Source of the DNA: Candidatus Thalassarchaeum sp.
Lineage (GTDB): Archaea > Thermoplasmatota > Poseidoniia > Poseidoniales > Thalassarchaeaceae
Direction: 5' to 3'
DNA: 42,729 nt
Assembly: GCA_022449845.1 (NCBI GenBank)
Contig: JAKUOE010000002.1
Coordinates: 1-42,729, forward strand
Position numbers and translations under genes: made by a program. This document shows positions 33,901 to 39,799 of the stretch, one piece after another. Positions within the stretch are counted from its first letter, which is position 1. Every line of letters starts with the position of its first letter. The notes under the pieces were generated by a model. It ran no database searches. It saw only the letters and a program-made list of their open reading frames with translations, and was not told where the DNA came from.

Positions 33901-36900
33901 ATTGTCCACAGCAAAGTACCGGATGTCGTTGTTGCGCATCACCGTCTCACCAGGACCACCATCATAGGTGGCGACTTCGTACTCGATTGAAGTCAAATCG
34001 TGATACAAATCGACCAACTCATCCAAACTGAAGACATGGGTCAGTAGGTCGCGAGCGATGGCGTAGCGAGCATTCTGGCGGTGCAGAGATGTCGATACGT
34101 CGTTGAAATCATCGTACAGGTCACTGGTGTACCAATAATCGCCGATGATGTAATGGGTTGATTCGCATGAAAAGGCGTCCGAAGCGTCGAAGTTCTCATC
34201 ACCGGGCGAACGTCCATTGTCATCGATGACAGATTCACCGCCGCTGGGACAGGCCTCCAACCAATCGACCTTACCGTTCTGATCAAACTCATAGATGGCC
34301 GTACCGATGTCTGGATATTCGCCAATCAACTCACGGTCTTCGTAAAGGCGGTAAAGCGTCGATTCTGAACGTGTACCATCATCATCCATAACGTGGCCCT
34401 CAGCGATGATGACATCATCCGCAGAACCAATCACAGTGAAGGCGCGATCGCGTACACCCTGACTTTCAGACATCGAATTCACGGAGACCCATTCATCCCA
34501 TGTCGCCCCAGTTTGGGTTGCAGAATTGAAGTGGGATTGCATCACTTGTGCGAAGGCTCGAGTGAAATGGTCGTCATCTTCATCCCCTTCATCATCATTG
34601 AATTCCTGACGCATGTCACCCTCTGCGAGCGTGACGATGAACAGGGCAATCGTATCTTCTTCACCGGCGGCAAGCAACATGTTTCCAGCTGCGGGGATTC
34701 CCGACTGGAAGTTGTCTGCAACGGTTGGATGCTGGCCCTGAGCCAAGGCTTGGAATCCATAATCCCACCATGAGACGAAGGCGGGTCGTTCCGAGAACGA
34801 CACGTCCGTATCTTGACTTTCCAGCCAATCATAGGCTTGATTCCAAGAACGGCCATTGAAACCGGGGCCGAAGGTTCCCATGTACCAACATTCACCTTGA
34901 CAGGTGGCCTGTTCTTCCCTCGTCTGATTGACTCCGTAATCAGAGTAGGGGGAACTGTCGAGAATCGACCAACCAAAGAGTTCGGCGCGCAAGGCATCCG
35001 GCATCAAATCGTGAATGACGTCATCGATTTGCTTCTCAGCAACCTCGCCACGAGGGATGCCAGAGTCGAGGCCATACACAGCGTGTTGGCTGAACAATAG
35101 GAGCAAGACGAGGCCAATCGCAGGCACACCGGGGTGCTTTCGACCTGCACGTAGCGTCGAACGGAAGCGCGCTTGAGAACCTGTGACACCTAGGCGTCTC
35201 CAGGTCTTCGCATATTCCTTGACACCGCTGAAACGCCAAAGGCCAACGATTGCCGCAGAACCCATGATGGCCATCACAGGAGTTGCGTTGAACATGAATC
35301 GTCCCGCGGACCAAGCCATGTACGAGGCCAACAGAATCCACACAGACAAGACCATGTGAGTCTGGTTACGTGTTCGGAAACCACGCCACATCGCAATGAA
35401 ACCCATACCCAGTGCGAACATGAACACGAGAGGTCCGAAATTCGCGAACAGTTGTCCCCGGCTCGGGGCCTGTGCTTCAGCAATCGTACCGAATACCTTG
35501 TTCTTTGAGAAATAGAACCCACCCGTAGTGAGGACGTCCCAACCATTCGAAATGTCCAGTACCTGAAGGATGTACAATGAACCCAACAGCAGAGTCGTGA
35601 TTGCAGAACCCATGATTATGACCATCAACCAAGGCTTGTCACGGAATGCAGTGACAATCCATCCATTGATGACGGTTAAGCCGATGATGTAGAACAACGG
35701 CTGGAAACCGCTTGCGTCCCAAATCAGGTTCAACTGCATATTGCCGTAGAACGGCAACGGAAGCAAGAAGGTGACCGACATCATCACGATGATGGCTGAT
35801 GTCAGAGGCATGCTGTCTCTTCGACGGACTAGGTTGATGGCTGTCTGTAGGAAGAAGGCCACCCAAATGATCGCCAGACCATAGACGAATCCTTTCCATC
35901 CCAAAGCGACAGTCGCAAACGAGACACCAGCAAGGATTGCTTGTGCCATCGCAGCAGGATGTTGTTTGAATGAAGCCTGAATACCCTTGATCATGTGCAA
36001 TGGGTTCCAATCGGAATCCTCGAGCAATTTGTCACTGCCGATTGTATCAACAGCACAGAGCCAGAAATAGAATCCGAGAGACATGAACAGAATGACGAAG
36101 GCATCGTGGTCAGCCAGAGCGAATGTGCTGTGACTGACGTGACCAGGCATGAGTGCCATGAGCCAAGCACCAATTGCACCAGCTCCGGTCCCGAAGAATC
36201 TGCGGCATGTTGCAGCAATCGGCAGAACAGTCAATGCGCCGTAAACGGCAGGTAGACCTGCAATCGACCACCAGGCCGCATCGTGGACATCGCCTTCTAG
36301 GAAGGGATTCAATGCAGCCCCACCGAGCGCCAATGTCCAACTGAACAACGGCGGTCGCGGGTTGATGGAGCCGACCGGGTAGGCACGGTCCATGTCGATG
36401 ACGAAGTGGCTATTCTGAGCGAGGATGTAATCGATGGCGCGCTTCATGTACCAAGGGTCAGAACCCCCGGTCATGTCCCACTCGCCCGTTCCAGCGGCGT
36501 TCATAGCAGGGATAACGTTCCACATCACACGAACGGCTAGAGCCGTCAGAAGAGCACCGAATACTGTGATTGAATACCAATGCTGACCCCACCAGAGGCG
36601 AGCCTTGCCTTGGCCACGTCGCTCAGGACCCTTCAACAGACGGCCCGAGAAGCCGAAGTACAGGATTCCGGCGTTGAGCCAGAAGAATATGGCGAACCAT
36701 GACAATCCACCAAGACTGCCATTCAAGAATCCAATCTGATCGATGCCGAATAGACCTGCGTCCTGCCAACTTCCGATACTGTAGAGAATCCAGTTGAGTC
36801 CCATGAAGAGACCCAAAGTGCGCCACTGCTCAGCCCAACAGAATGCGACGAACATGGCGATTAGACCCGTAAACAGGGCCCAGAAGAAACCGACGTTCTC

Positions 36901-37650
36901 TGCCAGGAAGATTGAATCCGGGTTGTCAAGCGTGGTCAGATGCCACAGACTGAAGGCGTGTGCAGCAATCCATGCGACCAAACCAGCATACAGAGGAATG
37001 TGTTCCTTTTCAACAATCTCTGGGAGATCCTTGAACCATGAACTAGTGCCTCCGTCCTGCAAACGACCGCGGAGGGCTAGAGCAAGTACAACACTGGATA
37101 GAATCGAAATCATCCACCAAGTGAAGAACAGATAGCCGGTTACGGCACGATCGACATCCAGAATGTTGTAGTATCCCTGGGAGCCGAATTCTCCCTCGAC
37201 ACCCCATGTGTGACCGGCTGCGGCCACTTGGATTGCATAGATGAATCCAGCAACGACACCGACCACAATCAGTTCTTCTTCGTGACGACGTGAGCGGTCG
37301 AATAGATGAACGCCAATCGCCATCATGACGAAACCGAGGCCCAGCAGAGCGGCGCCATCGTAGTAATGCAATAGGCCGACGGCACCGATAATCACCGCAA
37401 AACCGAGGGAACCGAGAGAGGGACGGGTTCCAACGGGTTCGAAGATGATGCGAGGTGCCTTGCCGAGTAGACCACCAGCCAACAGTACGGTGGTGATCAT
37501 CAGCAGTGTGTTCCAATTGCTGTCATCATAGTCGACGGTGTTCCAGGTGACTGCAACCATCATGGCCAGCATGATAGCGATTGTCACCGGGATGGCGAGT
37601 AGACCGAACAATGGTGCTCGCGTCGACGCAATTCCGTTTTCGTTTTCCAT
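27973..37650 (-). CDS. aglB: Giant (~3225 aa) dolichyl-phosphooligosaccharide-protein glycotransferase (AglB/STT3 family) with polytopic N-terminal extension, very long C-terminal ectodomain and terminal TM anchor
   Basis: Uninterrupted 9.7-kb ORF. Start chosen at the ATG at 37650 (MENENGIASTRAPLFGLL), preceded by GAGAGGGG. STT3/AglB motifs occur in canonical order: EL1 'GGSDPWYMKR' (DPWY = 36448..36459), 'ALADHD', EL5 'GTIAEAQAP' (TIxE), 'WWDYG' (34756..34770; tgg tgg gat tat gg verified), 'IRYFAVDNRLYPIGG', and the AglB-terminal beta-sandwich 'VKVLKYYSGATLEGDV'. Final TM LGIIVAIIIAGIIGLFW at about 27976..28065. Confidence 0.9.
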   Translation of the reverse strand: MENENGIASTRAPLFGLLAIPVTIAIMLAMMVAVTWNTVDYDDSNWNTLLMITTVLLAGGLLGKAPRIIFEPVGTRPSLGSLGFAVIIGAVGLLHYYDGAALLGLGFVMMAIGVHLFDRSRRHEEELIVVGVVAGFIYAIQVAAAGHTWGVEGEFGSQGYYNILDVDRAVTGYLFFTWWMISILSSVVLALALRGRLQDGGTSSWFKDLPEIVEKEHIPLYAGLVAWIAAHAFSLWHLTTLDNPDSIFLAENVGFFWALFTGLIAMFVAFCWAEQWRTLGLFMGLNWILYSIGSWQDAGLFGIDQIGFLNGSLGGLSWFAIFFWLNAGILYFGFSGRLLKGPERRGQGKARLWWGQHWYSITVFGALLTALAVRVMWNVIPAMNAAGTGEWDMTGGSDPWYMKRAIDYILAQNSHFVIDMDRAYPVGSINPRPPLFSWTLALGGAALNPFLEGDVHDAAWWSIAGLPAVYGALTVLPIAATCRRFFGTGAGAIGAWLMALMPGHVSHSTFALADHDAFVILFMSLGFYFWLCAVDTIGSDKLLEDSDWNPLHMIKGIQASFKQHPAAMAQAILAGVSFATVALGWKGFVYGLAIIWVAFFLQTAINLVRRRDSMPLTSAIIVMMSVTFLLPLPFYGNMQLNLIWDASGFQPLFYIIGLTVINGWIVTAFRDKPWLMVIIMGSAITTLLLGSLYILQVLDISNGWDVLTTGGFYFSKNKVFGTIAEAQAPSRGQLFANFGPLVFMFALGMGFIAMWRGFRTRNQTHMVLSVWILLASYMAWSAGRFMFNATPVMAIMGSAAIVGLWRFSGVKEYAKTWRRLGVTGSQARFRSTLRAGRKHPGVPAIGLVLLLLFSQHAVYGLDSGIPRGEVAEKQIDDVIHDLMPDALRAELFGWSILDSSPYSDYGVNQTREEQATCQGECWYMGTFGPGFNGRSWNQAYDWLESQDTDVSFSERPAFVSWWDYGFQALAQGQHPTVADNFQSGIPAAGNMLLAAGEEDTIALFIVTLAEGDMRQEFNDDEGDEDDDHFTRAFAQVMQSHFNSATQTGATWDEWVSVNSMSESQGVRDRAFTVIGSADDVIIAEGHVMDDDGTRSESTLYRLYEDRELIGEYPDIGTAIYEFDQNGKVDWLEACPSGGESVIDDNGRSPGDENFDASDAFSCESTHYIIGDYWYTSDLYDDFNDVSTSLHRQNARYAIARDLLTHVFSLDELVDLYHDLTSIEYEVATYDGGPGETVMRNNDIRYFAVDNRLYPIGGYQYSESGMHYGNPTGIFYAPTTLSGLDPDDYIQSVYITQRGDRPEQEMTSAEFEEAYLADILAVQTSGGSGEDVIQLVDVRVDQQPEFFDTMIARTYIGYGSPQLGLDTLSRIGQPKQHFSGYGTPDTPLTYAYPLPGAMMNHFVLANWYDANEDNPQAISTANTGVKVLKYYSGATLEGDVILGEIGAVPNAKLLIERDAFSGEDPSDTDARTYWIPIGTAQADDEGHFSLRVPSGRIRVSAFMGESDLTAARDGLVTAESQESQNWAIDLVTDDNEDRTINPITGILGNVSGSTWLGEATVNVTGDQGHSNGEAVLNMEIQVDASGATGTIAWQGDADFGGEPLANMDLRISNIWDDSQQDAYFITTSDGDVEGERQFGPGATGEVTFTGPGSVISESGVMTATDFTGNYTRSILHNHSYDGIGDIIGRGTFVGTIVDSSAQECLNGSMPDAATYCLEDANVTDTFLVDGEVFGVNGRFTSNGTSFFTTPMYRETIIGAGTFVVDATDTNLSSYGTMNGTGTFQGTGHFSGDMVKPGSFHLVDAIPGTYHVAVLFENGEESVLPMPLEVPLSRESPEANNIALSLPGTWIQGTPRTLSMDEGPGDIITGRLELVDFEDMYANVTEPCGEVAWSPCWFETDENGTFGIGPVLEGEYVVIMDGDQDGFDEYRSETITVTPDNAGNVTPADIDKIPPMYDIEFLLLDHQDQPVEGQNLTFSNQFTPITIDARDNGNGSYNIELPRDTWVVESMLDDEYILYEEIDLQENMTGMVLQYVASAWVNGTVMYDNTDKPDQDPEGYNNQMVTIQWGGSITESTMTDENGTFGFQIPVGAEVNLTVHVVIGNLLAGEHFVVPSTGSQHTLYPRASVGASGSIFLYEVGTPYTHALPGFEDFPFMMESYDHSTGVTWQWPVDIAQGRFTSYVLEPEGENQTRNWTLSINNDALNVTPYTYSPQGDNATLVLIAEPDYVDTILMPFIDHSMDGNQSNGTAVPIDFRLIPYSALDDSGNINISADDARWDNGTIVLELKVGRWVFETDAKDARDENMTEFNTLLSNSSGLIDIAIGAETQDVELGFLPEWRTAITLRNQSAGPMANWTVYFNAADGGQSFTHDTDANGTIVEYLPEGEWIAHILDFIDDDGDETNDDPLQTFRTTLTVDSATPSSTIDWYTVEAAHFNITLIEAGSGELLSGFQVDAVSEDGLGEFSLGPSDENGVIDESLMPGNWTLSLNRTDNNMRWILDNVTLNLAEGSANADTNLSLNKWVEIAGNLFRDVNEDDAWSYAEGIVDANVVVNSTTFGPFNLTTDVLGTWRIFVPVNDTYDVFASKEGFSNGSTTLEVGYTANSSDIELTAGIVTAGGQITHVLPSEWEDIADDINLILIPESGLSFSSQTPTKLLDNGTWNGTWSADVDPGNWILYATYDGDEGQFAAISLVEAAVAEGGEADAMLSTASMLHVTTRWFDYDGVEHTLGDSALIDSGDNLVFDSGLTYSWNESVDADGAVSLLLPAGDYSISGTFTTTEQGMEMTYNGGKSAEVVGGGVESPEQLVLFSVAMDHSISFTVDENHTSIEQSDEDDDHFNIVDNGDELEYAVGEINLDLIYNGNQPTDSYMLTVEMNGGDAEFWTVEVWNGTHETTGEDIWDTHRPYTMGIDENTTADLRLRVIPANKTVAESYDEGHSMLVKMTHQGTGSHDEYELKLFVPQEHGVEITDKDEIDNTEVGVQIGFDDTYSFFFENTGNGEDTFTIQISDLPDAVTPLWTVTGASMVTVGPRNSQAYSVSIHSSEAWVGDVEFPVTITILSEDNTTSETLTLTIKTALPNLEFTDDDPGAIGLVQAGFGTLGQTNQFFISVVNSGQVDARDVKVEILDEAGLVVGSLTQDVPMLETVSYTMDVDPVDEIGTVDYTFRINTTGLDLANTPEEQMMKMNYQPEVSTEANNWLGIIVAIIIAGIIGLFWKFSGRRGQAF

Positions 37651-37734
37651 TTTGATTTCCCCTCTCTGGGTTACTAACAGCACATACGCTACGCCATCAG
37701 CGACGCCGCGACTTGAGGTCTCGTTATAACCTCT

Positions 37735-37761
37735 CCTCACGCGCTCGCGCGAAGGGTGAGG
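37735..37761 (-). terminator. Imperfect GC-rich hairpin 27 nt downstream of the purD stop
   Basis: Plus strand cctca-cgcg-ctcg-cgcg-aaggg-tgagg has an outer 5-bp and an inner 4-bp stem with an internal loop. It lies in the 137-nt purD-aglB spacer. A TTATAA element (37724..37729) follows on the sense strand and could serve aglB. Confidence 0.3.
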
Positions 37762-37787
37762 CTCAGTACAACGAATAGACCTCTCGT

Positions 37788-39050
37788 CTAAAGTGCTCTA
37801 TGACCGATATCACGGCGGAAATGTGCGCCTTCAAGTTCCACTTCTGACAACTTCTGATAGGCTAAATCGCGGGCTTCGGCAAGAGATGCGGCAATCCCAG
37901 TCGAAGCTAGAACCCGGCCCCCAGTCGAGATTAGATTCCCATCGGATGAACCCGTTCCAGCATGATGGATGAAGGCACGTCCTGCCGAATCAATGTAATC
38001 GGAGAGATTGCCTGAGATTGAACGGCCCTTGACGGGTGGGCCTGGATAGCCTTCAGCAGCGAGGACCACAGTCATCGCATGTTCATCAGAAAATGTCGGC
38101 ATCGATTCAGACAGGCGTCCCTCGGCGACAGCGAGCAGGAGGTCGCAGAGATCGCTGGCGATGAGTGGGACCGTGACCTGAGTCTCAGGGTCGCCAAATC
38201 GGACATTGTATTCGACGACGGAGGGGGCACCCTCATCATCAATCATCAGACCGACGTATAGGCAGCCTCGATACGGCGTTGACTGGGAGGAGAGGTGAGC
38301 GTGCATCGGCTCTACAATCTCTGAAATGGCTCTGGCCCGAACCGCCTCCGTAGCGACCGGCGCGGGCGCATACGCACCCATTCCACCAGTATTCAGGCCA
38401 ACATCTCCCTCACCCACACGCTTGTGATCTTGACTACACGGTAGGGCGACATATCCGGATTCATCCATCATGACGAGCATACTGGCTTCCTCACCAGCGA
38501 GGAATTCCTCCATCAACACCATGCCATCAGACTCGATGGATGTGCGGATGAAATCTAGGGCTTCATCTCGATCCTCGGTCACGACCACGCCCTTACCACC
38601 GGCCAGCACATCACGCTTGACAACCCAAGGCGCACCCCACAGGTCGACTGCGGCATCCAAATCGGTTTCAGGTGTAAGGTGTTGAACACCAGCGGTTGGA
38701 ATATTGAGATCGAGCATGACCTGCTTGGCGAAATCCTTGCGTCCTTCTAGCATCGCACCTGCTGCATGAGGGCCAAAACTTGGAATCCCTACAGCGCGCA
38801 GTGAATCGGATAGCCCATCGACCAAAGGCGCTTCTGGACCGACGACGAAGAGGTCGGCGCCAATCGATTTGGCCAAGGCGACTTGAGCATCGATATCGCT
38901 CGCACTGACATCGTGATTGGTAGCGATTCCAGCCGTCCCAGCATTGCCGGGAGCAACGTGGACGGTGGAGACTGAGGGACTATCCAGCAGGCCGATTGTC
39001 AGAGCATGTTCACGGCCACCACCGCCGACAACCAGAACGGTTCGCCCCAT
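37788..39050 (-). CDS. purD: Phosphoribosylamine--glycine ligase (GAR synthetase)
   Basis: 420 aa. 'VLVVGGGGREHAL' at the N-terminus, ATP-grasp blocks (VVKRDVLAGGKGVVV, EEFLAGEEAS) and 'VEYNVRFGDPETQ'. The start is preceded by GGTAATCC. Confidence 0.95.
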   Translation of the reverse strand: MGRTVLVVGGGGREHALTIGLLDSPSVSTVHVAPGNAGTAGIATNHDVSASDIDAQVALAKSIGADLFVVGPEAPLVDGLSDSLRAVGIPSFGPHAAGAMLEGRKDFAKQVMLDLNIPTAGVQHLTPETDLDAAVDLWGAPWVVKRDVLAGGKGVVVTEDRDEALDFIRTSIESDGMVLMEEFLAGEEASMLVMMDESGYVALPCSQDHKRVGEGDVGLNTGGMGAYAPAPVATEAVRARAISEIVEPMHAHLSSQSTPYRGCLYVGLMIDDEGAPSVVEYNVRFGDPETQVTVPLIASDLCDLLLAVAEGRLSESMPTFSDEHAMTVVLAAEGYPGPPVKGRSISGNLSDYIDSAGRAFIHHAGTGSSDGNLISTGGRVLASTGIAASLAEARDLAYQKLSEVELEGAHFRRDIGHRAL

Positions 39051-39088
39051 GGATTACCGCGGTGCGTTTCAGCACATGAACAGTCCCA

Positions 39089-39745
39089 TCAGTACGGGAC
39101 TTCCTTGAGGCCGACCCAGTAACCGAACACATTGGTCAATCTGTGTATGACTGGAGTCAACAAAAGCAAGATGACCATGGGGGCCAGCAAATCTGAATTT
39201 CCGACTAGGATATCCGGGAATAACAGTAAACCCACTGCAAAGGTGCAGTTTGCGAAGGGAAGAGTGTCGAGTAGAGGTGCTTCGGAACTCTCGGAACCTT
39301 CCCGTTTCTTGCCCATTCTTCGCTTGATGAAGGACCCGGTGCAATCGCCTATCATGCAACCAAGTCCCAAGCAGACGCCGACGATGAAAGCGGCACCCCA
39401 TTCGCCTCCAATCCAAAACCAATCAGATTCACTCGCCCAGATTAGAGGATCGAGGAAAATACCGTCTTCGACGACGGATTTCGCACCAACCCAGTGTGTG
39501 AACATACACAGAAACCCGCCACCCATGAGGGCCCCTGTCAAGCCGTTCCACGTCTTGCCATCTCCGAGAATTCGATGGCCATCAGAGAGATTGCGGCCGC
39601 CGTCGATTGGGCGGGGCTGAATTCCCAGAGCATCGGGGATCCACTTCCCACCAAGCATTGCCGCAGTATTGGCGAGATATCCAGGGAGATAGAGCCAGAG
39701 CACGAGAAGGGGGCCACTCCAGAAACTCATGCCCAACTCAGTCAT
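39089..39745 (-). CDS. carS: CDP-archaeol synthase (CDP-2,3-bis-O-geranylgeranyl-sn-glycerol synthase, DUF46 family)
   Basis: 'YLPGYLANTAAMLGG', 'PIDGGRNLSDGHRILGDGKTWNG' and 'GSFIKRRMG' match the CarS signature blocks, and the protein is multi-TM. Start taken at the ATG at 39745 (MTELGMSFW); the alternatives are 39730 and the track GTG at 39784. Confidence 0.85.
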   Translation of the reverse strand: MTELGMSFWSGPLLVLWLYLPGYLANTAAMLGGKWIPDALGIQPRPIDGGRNLSDGHRILGDGKTWNGLTGALMGGGFLCMFTHWVGAKSVVEDGIFLDPLIWASESDWFWIGGEWGAAFIVGVCLGLGCMIGDCTGSFIKRRMGKKREGSESSEAPLLDTLPFANCTFAVGLLLFPDILVGNSDLLAPMVILLLLTPVIHRLTNVFGYWVGLKEVPY

Positions 39746-39799
39746 AACACGAGACAGGTGGGGTCGGCTTAGAATTGTGCGCACGATTGCGCATCCTTC

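Noticed and set aside
37651-37740. Track N-terminal extension of AglB (MRRGYNETSSRGVADGVAYVLLVTQRGEIK)
   Set aside because: The ATG at 37650 follows a GAGAGGGG SD-like element and begins directly with a charged leader plus TM helix. The extension overlaps the hairpin and TATA-like region of the purD-aglB spacer. The choice remains unverified.
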